Shown: positions 52,810 through 64,000 of the stretch, piece after piece | How the letters are laid out: each line of letters opens with the position of its first letter | Position numbering within the stretch: the first letter of the stretch is position 1 | From: Octopus sinensis | Taxonomy: Eukaryota | Assembly (NCBI RefSeq): GCF_006345805.1 | Contig: NC_043009.1 | Location: 16,058,001-16,122,000 of the forward strand | Direction: 5' to 3' | DNA length: 64,000 nucleotides | Made by a program: the position numbers and the translations under genes | The notes under the pieces: generated by a model | What the model was told of the DNA's origin: nothing | The model's input: only the letters and a program-made list of their open reading frames with translations | Database searches by the model: none

Positions 52810-54711
52810 CTGTGTATGTAAATATGAATGTTCGCAACATCGTTTATGTATGAATCTATGCATTCTCATATGTATACAAATGCATGACGCCACTGTGTGA
52901 GTTGCCTATTTTACACGAAACCATTGCTAACCTTGTTAACGCGCAAATAAAATATGTATTTATATATACATTGCTATCATCAAAAATGAGGACTTGATCT
53001 GCTGATTAACACAGATTTTATTCATTGTTATAACGCTTTATAATAGTTTCAATTAATAATATCTTTGCATCAATGACGTATATTTTCAAATTTCTATTTT
53101 TCTCAAACTTTCTTGTCGGTTGTATCTTTCTAACGATAATACTTTTTCTACAAATCATCATTTCATTATTACTATATTTATTATCATTTTTGTTTTGATT
53201 TTCAATATAATGACCATAAATATTATTCTTCACATTTATTACTGATCATTATTAATCATTCTGAAGCTTCGTGTCTCATGCGTGCTCAAATTTTAAAAAC
53301 TAATCTTCATAATATACATTGTGATTGAATAATTTTTCCTAGAATACACATATTTTACTTTCTTTAATCTCCCTTTCTCTCTATCTCTCTCTCACACACA
53401 CACTATCTCTGTATATATATATATATGTGTGTGTGTGTAAGTATTTGTAGGTGGTTCTCTGTGTATATACTAACACATACATTTACAAACACATACACAC
53501 ACAGATATCTAGAGATATGCATATAGATATACATAATAATATAGGCAAGTTAAAGTAACCTATTTGTCTATGATTGCCTTTAAGTCCATGAATAAGCACA
53601 AGGCGTTAAATTCTATTTCTACACAAGCAACCCACTTCATAGAATTCTAGTAATATTGTTATTGAGTATATTACTGGTGCTCCTTTTTTTTATATAATCG
53701 ATATTATTAACAATCATTTGTGCAGTTCATAACTAAAAGCATGTAGCTCTCGCATCATCAGCTTGCTTCATATTTAATACGGTGAAAACCGAGAAGGAAA
53801 ATTATGAACGGGTTATGATGGAGACAGCGATTTAGTTAGCAAAATATGTAGACACGTAAATAGCTAAATAGCTACATAGATAATCAGACAGAAATACAGG
53901 CATATGCATATTTATGCATACACTAGACAGAAAGATAAAAGAAAGACAGTTAGGTACGAATATAGATGCCTGCATTAAAATCCTTTCATTTTCCTCCATA
54001 TTTTCCAAACTTTACCTTTGCCTCTATTTTTTAGATTCACATTGATTTAAATGAAACGGAAATGTAATTCAAAAACTGAAAGCGAAACTGCAGACTGCAA
54101 ATGAATGAAATCAATAGGTCGGAAAGAGAAATGAAATTAGTTGGGAAGGGATCCTAGCTAAAACTTCAAAAGGGTAACAAAAAGAAATCATGGACTATAT
54201 CACAGATGATAATGGCTCATGAGTAGTGCTGCTTCATTAGTAAATAGCCGATTCAGAGATATCTTCACTCAAATATATTTTTTACCATTCTAAACATTGT
54301 TTGCATCTTTCAATGTTTTCTCATTTTCCTTTTCATTGTTATTATTTATTATTTTGATATTGTTTTTGAATAAAAAATTTTCTTGATTATTTATGACATT
54401 ATGAATATATTTGCTTAATGTTAGAGCTATTATAGGATATCTTGCAAGAATAAAACAAACGACTAAATTCCTGTACTTCTTTCGCAAACAACATGTTTCT
54501 TTCTTCTCGTACTTCTCGTTCTTCTGACCAATGTAACTGATTTTATTTAATCCATTCTTTTGTTTATTTACCAGATTAGCGTAATAGTCACAGAACTGTT
54601 CCCCGAAAATGTTTATCTAATTTCTGTAATAGTTTTCGGTATAGTTCTGTCATTCCCCTTCAGTTTGAAACGGTCTGCTCGTCATTCAGTCGTCAGTTTT
54701 CACAATTTCTC

Positions 54712-54837
54712 TCATTCCCAGTTCATACGATTCATGACACTCTCTTCATCTTTAACTTCCACCAGAGATGAACGAGGAGGGTGAATTCCATGACGCTTCG
54801 GTGTCATACTCATTTCATTGTCCTTGTAATGATTTCC
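54712..54837 (-). CDS. Terminal coding exon of the same iGluR-family gene (cytoplasmic tail and stop)
   Basis: Acceptor ggttatttgtAG at 54839-54838. Phase 0 matches the phase-0 donor at 56275. Open for 41 codons, GNHYKDNEMSMTPKRHGIHPPRSSLVEVKDEESVMNRMNWE, then TGA at 54714-54712. More GC-rich than its flanks. Confidence 0.75.
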   Translation of the reverse strand, partial: GNHYKDNEMSMTPKRHGIHPPRSSLVEVKDEESVMNRMNWE

Positions 54838-55874
54838 CTACAAATAACCAATAAAACAATTTTAAAAAGCTAGAAATATTTTAAGAGACTGTTTTACCAC
54901 TTCTGAACAGAAATACAAACAATATATTAAATACGACAAGCCCCATTACAGGGCTACTACCATTTTGCAAATACCAGGAGGCACATCCAACAGCAATGAA
55001 AGCTTTTTGTTTGTGTCTCACTCAACTTCTACATTTTATATTTCACCGTTTTCTATTCAACCAAGAAGTTGAAAAACATGTATTCTTTTCACTAACTACT
55101 TCAATTTACGAATTTCTTATGTTTAATACTGTTTGTGATTTTTTGTTTTTTACCACATATGAAATGATAACATTTTCTATAATATTTTAAACCGATTTGC
55201 TGCTATATTTACTTGTCATGTGTTTAAGCACCCCATATAACCCCGCATAGCGTTTTGGAATTTTCAGAAAATGTTTTCGAATTTCTGTTCTACACACGGG
55301 AATTCATACGACGATGCGTTTTTTTTTTTTTTTCATTTTTTAGACCTTCATCCGCCCTAAATCTTAAAACCTCCACTATTTTACGGTTTTTATTAAAATC
55401 AGAATTTAAAATACGGATAGTCCAATTTTTTGCTTAAATCCCAACAATGGACAACACTTAGGTACATCACCATTTCATTAGATGTGGTTGTGGGAAGAAA
55501 ATCATTGAAAAATATCAATACATGTCAGAGTGACAAAGAAACGAGAACGTTATCAGGTGGTAATGAGATGTGCTAAAAACAACGGCTAAATTGCCCTTAA
55601 ATCACACATAAAAATTCTCTTTTGTTGCATGATCGTATGAATTTCCGTATTTAGTACACAAACCAGAATTTCACCATTAATGCTATCATACTTAGCTGTT
55701 TCTAATAACAATACACTTCCACTACGAATACTGGTCAAAAAACAGCTTCGCACAATATAAAAGAAAGCAATGCAATGAATCCAACAAATGGTGTGCTGTG
55801 TTTGCGTAGAATGCTATTTTAAAGTCTTTGATTTTATTAATTCATTTTTTTTTCTTTATATAAAAGAGCTGCAG

Positions 55875-55990
55875 ACATGGATAAGAAAGTTGGTTTCACA
55901 AACTAATTTGTTTCAGTTTCGATACCACTGCACGGCATCTTGGACAAGCATCTAAGGTAGAAGCACCTACGACCAAAACTTGTAAGCTAG
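55875..55990 (+). mobile_element. Degenerate family B-like SINE in the last iGluR intron
   Basis: gtttcgataccactgcacggcatcttggacaagcatct resembles the B box and CORE segment. Confidence 0.5.
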
Positions 55991-56275
55991 ACTGAAATTT
56001 TATGAAAGCTACGCTGAGGCATCTTCTGTTCTAGAGTAGATCATTATATTCCTGTAGTGGATTAAACCGACTAACAAAGGCATACGTTCAGCTAGCGGTG
56101 CCAATGTCACTCCAGCCATTCGATGTCGTTACGTAGTCCCGGAAAAGTTTCATGAGTGATGTTAATCATTTCCTGGCTAAATCACATAATTTTGAGAGGC
56201 TTGTAAATAAATCAACGATTATTATATAAGTAGGAATCTAGTTAGAAAAAAATGTGATATGATGTCATTAGTTAC

Positions 56276-56459
56276 CTCTTTGACGTTGTTACTGCTGCTG
56301 TGTCTTGTGCGGGATGTACATTGATGCACACTGCACACTATTGTTGATAGTGCTATACCTCCGAGTACCACGACGAATAAGCCTGCCACGTTTTCTAGAC
56401 GAAGCGATGTTGTTTTCGTACTTTGGTGACCATCTGGGCAGGATGACACTCGCCACCAT
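56276..56459 (-). CDS. Ionotropic glutamate receptor-family gene, penultimate coding exon (end of S2 ligand-binding lobe, M4 helix, start of C-tail)
   Basis: Minus strand reads cttttgccttgcAG | A TGG TGG CGA ... AAA GAG | GTaact. Translation (x)WWRVSSCPDGHQSTKTTSLRLENVAGLFVVVLGGIALSTIVCSVHQCTSRTRHSSSNNVKE matches the iGluR pattern K-W-W-x4-C ... (S/A)L-x-L-x-N-V-A-G-x-F-x-x-x-x-G-G. Length 184 nt = 1+61 codons. Subfamily (AMPA/kainate/IR) cannot be assigned from this exon. Confidence 0.9.
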
Positions 56460-56565
56460 CTGCAAGGCAAAAGAAAATAATTTTATTTACACACACACAT
56501 ACTTACATATACATATGTATGTACATATATATACAAATATACACATAAACACTCACACACACACA

Positions 56566-56629
<64 letters not shown>

Positions 56630-56631
<2 letters not shown>

Positions 56632-57081
56632 CAAAATAAGCAACAAGGATATCCAGAGGTAATGCAGCACGATCGTTTCATGCAACTCCATTTAATTGAA
56701 CAATGCAATCACTACATAAATTTAAAATGAAAAGCAATTTTCAGCTGCACAAAGACATAGAATTTAATTGAATTAGATAGATCAGATAGACACATTAGCA
56801 TAATGATAGCTAAAATCTCAAAGAAGTTAAGGAGATTGACAAAGAATATGCTGGAGTGAGGCAGCATGTTCTTTGTCAATCTCCTTAACTTCTTTGAGAT
56901 TTTAGGTATAAATATACTAATGTGTCCATTTGTTCTAATTTAATTAACTTCTATGTCTTTTTGTAGCTGAAGATTGAATTTCATTTTAAATTGATGTAAT
57001 GAATGCATTGTTCAATTAAATAGAGTTGCATGAAACGATCGTACTGCATTACCTCGGGATATCCTTGTTGTTTATTTTGAT
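56630..57081. repeat. Long foldback inverted repeat (arms ~224 and ~220 nt, 8-nt loop) in the iGluR intron
   Basis: Arms 56630-56853 and 56862-57081. Inner 44 bp match at 43/44, outer ~77 bp have about 4 mismatches, and the middle is more diverged. Confidence 0.95.
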
Positions 57082-57167
57082 ATTATTCACCTTAATTTGA
57101 AATTGTATGGAATTGTACTAAATTCTGGTGCCTCAACTTAAGTACCATATTCAGCTGAATCTCTCTT

Positions 57168-57239
<72 letters not shown>

Positions 57240-58039
57240 ATATATATATGATTTAAGGTGTATTCCGTTAGGAACGTAGCAAAGTACAAATTAGAGCACG
57301 TTCACCCTTAGGATTACCAAATACCCGATAGCATTACGGTATAATTCCAACTCTCTATGTTTAGACATACTTCATTGACTCTATCTTATTCCTCAATTAT
57401 GTGTGTGTGTGTGAGAGAGAGAGAGAGTATAAAATGAAGTTTAACAAGGAAAGGGTAAACACTAACTTCGAAGTTTCAGCTTGCTCGCCTTTATAAGACC
57501 CTCATTTACCTTCGTTCTTTCATACTCTAAATAGTCTTCGAGAGCTTTCTTTCCTTTTTTTCTTTGTTGACAGGCGGATTAATGTCAGATATACATTGGG
57601 GATATATCGGAACGTAGGAAAAGAATATTTTATCGTAGGCTATGACTTGATAGCAAGTTATAGTGAAGGAATTTATTTGGGTTTGCTGTGGAAATTTGTT
57701 ATTTTTTAGAGTTCATTCAAGGGTGTGTGTGAGAGAGTGTGTTCTTGTTGTTTTTGTTGTTGTTGTTGTTGTTGTGTGTGTGTATGTGTGTTGTGTCTAT
57801 AGACAAAGAAAGTGGTATCTATAGGTATACATGAATGTATACTTATACACAAAAACACAAACACACACCACACCCAGACTGTTAATGTATCTTTACAAAA
57901 GAGTGTTCAATAAACTCTTTGCACGGAAGTATATAGCAGCTTGTTTTCTAACACATAAACTCTGTGTGTTTTCTCAGGGTGGAAAGGAATCAGTGCGAAA
58001 TGATAAGGTGTGCAATAAATGTTGGTTTCATCTCTTGGC

Positions 58040-58205
58040 ACAAGGCCAGCAATTTCGAGGAAGAGGGCCCAAGTGCTTAACTGGTGCTTATTTTATCGAC
58101 CCCGAAAGTCGGCTTCGGTGGAATTTGAACTCAGAACTTGAAGATACACGAAATGCTGCAAAGCATTTTTCCCAGATGTACTAACGATTTTGCCAGCTTG
58201 TCACC
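58040..58205 (-). mobile_element. Family A SINE in the iGluR intron
   Basis: cacaaggccagcaatttcg...ttttatcgaccccgaaag...gaatttgaactcagaac...ctaacgattttgccagct. Confidence 0.8.
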
Positions 58206-58397
58206 TTAACGTGTGCGATAAATGCTGACAGTGGAAATGCGAAATGTGAAATAATATTGCAAGACGTATTATACAACTAAGTTTCACAAATAGACTTGAA
58301 ACAAAATTTTACAGGGAAACCGTAGTAAGAGTAAATACTAATCTTATTACATACAGGCATATATACACACGCGCACACTGACAAGCACAGGCATATG

Positions 58398-58463
<66 letters not shown>

Positions 58464-58465
58464 AT

Positions 58466-58891
58466 CGTCCAGAGGTGTTTAGCACTTGCTAATCGTAAGG
58501 GTATTGACTACTGTCACGGCAATGCCAGACTGCACACTTCTTTGCATGTGTGGAAGAAGTTACAGGGACTTGGCTGCGAGATTTTGTCGCACCCTTGATA
58601 TTCGCCCGACATTGCACCCTCAGATTTCTACCTGCTTCGGCCTCTTCACAATTCCTTTAATAGACAGACTTTCAATTCCGAAGAGGTTGTAACAGTTCAC
58701 CTAGAAGTTGTTTTTGTCTCCAAAGACAGGTAATTATTTGAGCAAGGAATAAGCGATCTGCCCTAGAAATGATACAAGGTACTGGAACGAAACAATGATT
58801 ATATCATTGATTGAACAAGCTGCCTCATGTTTAAAACTTTGCCTATTTTCACTTTAAAAAAAGCCTAATTGACTTTTTGGTCAACCCAGTA
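58466..58891 (+). mobile_element. mariner (DD34D) transposon 3' fossil with right TIR
   Basis: NRKGIDYCHGNARLHTS...LQGLGCEILSHP*YSPDIAPSDFYLLRPLHNSFNRQTFNSEE...QGISDLP*K*YKVLERNNDYIID*. Terminus attgactttttggtcaacccagTA resembles a mariner TIR. Confidence 0.9.
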
Positions 58892-60724
58892 GTATGCCCG
58901 CATATATATCGTACACAAATATGCTTACTTTTATACATCTATATATATATATATGTGTGTATGTGTGTAAGTATGTATGTATGTATGCATGTATGTATGT
59001 ATGTATGTATGTATGTATGTATGTATGTATGTATGTATGTATGTATGTATGTATGCATCCGAACGTACCGCAACAGAATTCTAATAATATAACCAAAACG
59101 GACGACACTTAAGCCTGATATCCAACTTGTAAATCACTAACAGCTATTGTGTAGAATAAAAGAAATTTTCTTTTTGGTTGCATATGTTATCAGAGCTTCT
59201 TCACAATCAAACGTGCAGAATACAGTTTAATTTTTCCAGTTACGATATTACAATTAATTTAACGTCTACATAGAGCCTTTGAGAAATTCTTTTCAGTGTC
59301 GGCTGACTGATTTCAAAAGGCAGAACGTGTTACACGCATAGATCTTTCAGGCCTTGCTAGAGAGGTGAAATCTACACGGTTATTCTTTCTTTTGAGCATT
59401 TGCAAGTCGATATTTTAGAGAAAACATATTCAGAAAAGAAATTCCGAAGTACTAAGTTCTGAAGAGGACGAAATGTTTGTAGTCAATGCAGAGTGTAATG
59501 GGAACACAGTATTCACGACTTGAGAAGTAAAGCTGGTAAGTTGAGAGAGATTTAGTGTGGATCTTGCAAGACACCAGCTGGATCAAAGATTACTAGTAAT
59601 GACAGAGAAGGAGGAAGGTGAATGTGTGCAAATGACATTCAGAAATTTTCCTTACGGATAGAGTGTGCTCCTTGCATCTAACTGCATTACACATATTTTT
59701 CCAGTTATTCTCTCCATTAACGTATTTTGGAATCCGATGGTACAGTGTACTCAAATTGCCATATATGTATATGTTCATAGTATTACATTAAACTATGATA
59801 TTTCTTGCATCGGCTGAAATTCTATATTTTTCGAACATCATTTTCTTTGATGAGTGAAGACACAAGTGCGGTTTGAAAGGCACAAAAGAAAACAAATTAT
59901 AAATATGTCTTCGTATGTTTCGAAAAGAGACAACTGTAGTTGACAGCTTCTATTACGTTGCTATCAATGCTTAATGATCCGTAAATAGTTATCTAAATTA
60001 ACATATTAAAGTAAAAAAAAATATTTCTGTTTATTCGAAAATAGCTTTATCTTTCGAAGACAAATTTTCAAAAATATATCGTCCTTTTCTTTAAAAGAAA
60101 AAAAATAACTTCTACACAATAGCCAACAGAAACAATTGTATGGCCGATGTATTTGTTATCAGAATTGAATCTAAATGTGACAATTTATTCTTTCTAATAA
60201 AGTTGTGTGAACTCTAGTCTGTCACTATTTGCGTTGTGTTTGCTATATTCCAATTTCATTAACTTTTTTTACTTTTGCTGTAAATAATTTTTATTATTTT
60301 TTCAAGATGAGCCCAAACAGAAAGTCCCTGAATAAGGGTTGTTTCAGGATGTTTCCAGAGGTGAATTATTCAAACTGCACTGAGTTCCGTTCAACACATA
60401 GCTATGATGCTAGCCCCGCTACTTCTGCTCGTGATCGGAGATGCACATATCGTCAGTCAGTTGTGAACTTGCTCAAATTGTAATGGTCAAGCAACTGACA
60501 AGGAAATCTGCAGAATATTTGCCATAGCCCATCTTTTATACCAAAACAAAATATTTACATGATAACAATTCCAATCAGTTAAGATCACAAGCCATAAGAA
60601 CCACTGTATAGTGCTGCTTCAGGAATTTATAATTATTACTATTATTATTACTACTACTACTACTACACTACTACTACTACTACTACTACTACACTACTAC
60701 TACTACTATTTGTATTATTATCTA

Positions 60725-61105
60725 TTATCGTTGCACAGCTTCTAATGCTGGAGATGTACTGCGGTGCAAGCTGTTCACTACCAGTGAACTAAGGTAGCAC
60801 CCCTTATTTTTCGATCACCTTCCGGAGTATTCGAGCTGTTCCAAACTGTGCTGTTTTCTGCAAGTGTTCCACCCTTATTGCAACCCATATTTGTTCCATG
60901 TACATCTCAAGATTTTTACTCACTGTCACCAGGCTTCCGACAATTATTGGTATTACTACCACCTTTCACAGCGACCACAACTGCTTAACCACCCAATCTA
61001 ACCTGTCATATCTATCGACTTTTCTTTCTTCCGGTTGTCAGCTGGGTATGCTATATCTATGATTGAACATCGTTTGCTTTCTTTATTAATATTATGTCTG
61101 GCTTC
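60725..61105 (-). mobile_element. R4/Dong-clade LINE 3' end (REL endonuclease and 3' UTR)
   Basis: KPDII...CSIIDIAYPADNR...RYDRL...VVVIPIIVGSL...HLQKTAQFGTARILRKVIEK*, followed by a (TAA/TAG)n tail at ~60630-60720. Confidence 0.9.
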
Positions 61106-62037
61106 CTATTCTTTATCTCATGGTCGCATTGAATCATAAAATCCCATTTGATCTTTGCATTATCATTTTCGATGATGTCTTCGGGTTTATGTTCTTACCA
61201 ATTTTTTGCTCTGTCAAGTCCTCACTTGTATGTATATGTGTCTATAAGTTCATTTCTGCATGTTTTCGTATGCATACATTTATCTGTACGTGTATTTATA
61301 TTTATATTGTGCGTGTGTTTTTGCTTGTATTTAGGTATGTGCATGAGCATCTAACTGGCCTTGGATATTGCTTTGGTTTCACTACAGTTCATTGAGATAG
61401 AAAATATTTTGCAGTCTTCTGACCTTTTAACCTTGGTTTAATCTTTATACCTCTAGCTGTCTATTCCATATTGAATTCGTTTATATTGTATTTTTTATAT
61501 TTTTATTTGTCCTTTTACATACTTTCTTGTCTATTTATTTAATATATTTACTTTACTTCCTTTCCCATCCTTTCCTGACTTTTGTTAACATTAAGGATGG
61601 TCACTTCCCTGCAATTAGATTCAGCACCTTAAGTGATATGAAGCAAAATACATTTATTAACTATATTGATTTTAACGACCATACCGTAATAATTTTACCT
61701 AGTATCGGTCTTCCAAACATTGTATATATAAGGTGAGATTTTTATATGCTATACTAAGAGCCGAAGTATTGGTGTAACCATCATTTTCTTGATGGTTTGT
61801 TGATCTGATGAGATATCTCTCTTTATCTGCACTCGTCTATAAATATTGTAACATGTTCAGACATATAAAATAGTTTCATTATATACTGAAATTATTTTTT
61901 CATTGTGAAGGCTGCAAAACAGATGTAATAATGATAACATATAGTTAAATGAAAGCATTCACCACTCATACTTCTTGATCCTATATAAATATGTGTGTTT
62001 GTATCTGTGTCCACACGCACGAACAGACACATATATA

Positions 62038-62164
<127 letters not shown>

Positions 62165-62789
62165 TATATATATACAGAAAGACAGAGTGAGATACATGGA
62201 AGACAGGCAAATAGATACATACGTATGTACATTTACATAAATATGCATATAAGCACATGCATATACCTTCGTATGTACTTTTATATGTGTTTATAAATGT
62301 ATATTTGTACACACACACGCATATATATATATAAATAAATAGAAAGAGAGAGAGAGACATAATAAGGGTGAAAAATTGAATATTTGTATATATATTTAAA
62401 TCTAAATAACCATGTTCTATAACCGGCAGGATTCAATGTAGAAAATAATTTTTCTGCAGAGATATTTCCGGTTTTTGGCGCGCCCAAACGAAAACATTTT
62501 AACTATACTCCCAAATATAATTTTTTCTATCTCGTGTGGACGTCTCGTGTATAGTTCTGCATATTATATTTTGCTATGACGGTCACACTGATGAATTGCG
62601 GACATTTCCGTATGTAAATATGTAAATGGTAACAATGAAACTTGATATGTGACTAATCATATTTTCTGTCTTGTCATTTGCCTTGCTCGCTTACGTTCTG
62701 GCGTTTGCTGAATTTTCTTGAGAACAATCTTTTCTTAGTGGTCAGACTATATGAGGTCTACATCTAGTATATCGGATGCCCACTTAGTG

Positions 62790-62983
62790 GTGATCTGACG
62801 CCATGATAGATCGTTAGCCACTACACACATTTTTTTCTTTCCTTGTTCTCTGTCCCTTTCTGTAGAAGAGCGTATGCTCGAAACGTAAAAGACTTTTTCT
62901 ATTCTTGAGCGTTATACTAATACATCTGTTTGTTTTGTACACCACCTGGCTTCGTCTTTTGTTTTTTTTTTTTAGTAAACTCT

Positions 62984-62990
<7 letters not shown>
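62790..62990 (+). repeat. PLE-terminus-like module with a hammerhead-like motif (62852-62893), ending at (TA)n
   Basis: gtcccttt CTGTAGA a gagc-gtat-gctc GAAA CGTA aaagac. Confidence 0.6.
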
Positions 62991-63024
<34 letters not shown>

Positions 63025-63148
63025 TACAAGTCCTGTACATTGTCCTAAGCGCTGGACTTGTACTAATTTCCTCGACTCTGAAAGGACGAAAGGCAAATGC
63101 AACCTCGTTTGAATTCGAACTCAGAAAGCAAAGCCGAGAAGAAATACC

Positions 63149-63376
63149 TATTTCTTTATTACCCACAAGGGGCTAAACACAGAGGGGACAAACAAGGACA
63201 GACATAGGTATTAAGTCGATTACATCGACCCCAGTGCGTAACTGGTACTTAATTTATCGACCGTGAAAGGATGAAAGGCAAAGTCGACTTCGGCGGAATT
63301 TGAACTTACAAGGTAACGACAGACGAAATACGGCTACGCATTTCGCCCGGCGTGCTAACGTTTCTGCCAGCTCGCC
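63149..63376 (-). mobile_element. Young full-length family A SINE nested in an older family A copy (~63050-63425)
   Basis: Perfect 16-bp TSD gccgagaagaaatacc at 63133-63148 and 63377-63392. The flanks are the two halves of a diverged copy of the same family. Confidence 0.9.
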
Positions 63377-63814
63377 GCCGAGAAGAAATACCGCTAAGCA
63401 TTTTGTCTGGTTTGCTTACGATCATACCACGTTGTCATTCTCTACACAAACTCCATAATACAAACAATAATCCTTTTAAAATACTGTAATGTATGTAAAT
63501 AATTCATGTGTGCCTGAAGAAGATGAAGATTTGGGATCAAGAAGTAATCTTTATTTTCATATTGCAATTATCTTCCTTGCCTCGGATTATTTCAATATTC
63601 CATCAGCTTTTATGCAGCAATATGGAATCTAGAATTAATCCGTGTGAAAAGTAACAATCTGGACAGCCGCTGACGTCATACTACTGCAGTTCTTCGTAAC
63701 CGAAAAGAATCACTAACCGAACACACTCAGTAATGGTTGTTGTAGTCACGTAGTGGACTAAGAACTTTCTACGACCAATCGTGCTGCTGCTGAAGCTGCT
63801 ATTCAAACAGCAGT

Positions 63815-63852
<38 letters not shown>

Positions 63853-63868
63853 ATGTTATTATTAGTAA

Positions 63869-64000
63869 GACGGCGAGCTGCCAGAAACGTTAGCACGCCA
63901 GGCGAAATGCTTAGTGGTATTTCGTCTGCCGTTACGTTCTGAGTTCAAATTCCGCCGAGGTCGACTTTGCCTTTCATCCTTTGCAGGTCGATAAATAAAG
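63869..64000 (+). mobile_element. Family A SINE, truncated by the window edge
   Basis: gacggcgagctgccagaaacgttagcacgcc...gagttcaaattccgccgaggtcgactttgcctttcatcc. Confidence 0.9.

Noticed and set aside
55224-55437. TTAA-flanked element in the last intron
   Set aside because: Only 3 bp of terminal complementarity, which is compatible with chance.
57460-57560. Possible upstream iGluR exon (KALEDYLEYERTK|gtaaat)
   Set aside because: The required phase-2 frame hits a stop, and the peptide does not resemble the S2 lobe.
59280-60500. Possible degraded Tc1-like coding sequence
   Set aside because: Only vague similarity, with no diagnostic motif I could read confidently.

Overview
AT-rich eukaryotic genomic DNA, very dense in microsatellites and SINEs. 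The repeat style suggests an octopus or other coleoid cephalopod (inference; no search run). It is not prokaryotic: no operons, rRNA, true tRNA genes or CRISPR array. Almost all ORFs in the supplied track are microsatellite or transposon artefacts. The one well-supported host gene is the 3' end of an ionotropic glutamate receptor-family gene on the minus strand: an S2-end/M4 exon at 56276-56459 and a terminal exon at 54712-54837, which splice in frame. The rest is intron or intergenic DNA filled with three tRNA-derived SINE families, R4/Dong-type and RTE LINE fossils, Penelope-like (PLE) fossils, Tc1, DD37D-type and mariner fossils, and several MITEs. Most interesting non-obvious signals: (i) five unrelated short repeat modules that each fold as a minimal type-I hammerhead ribozyme with a palindromic stem III and variant cores, one possibly with a swapped G3:C8 pair; (ii) a ~450-nt hairpin 170 nt upstream of the receptor M4 exon plus an inverted SINE pair in the same gene, both candidate ADAR substrates; (iii) weak candidate exons for a second minus-strand gene that runs off the left edge.
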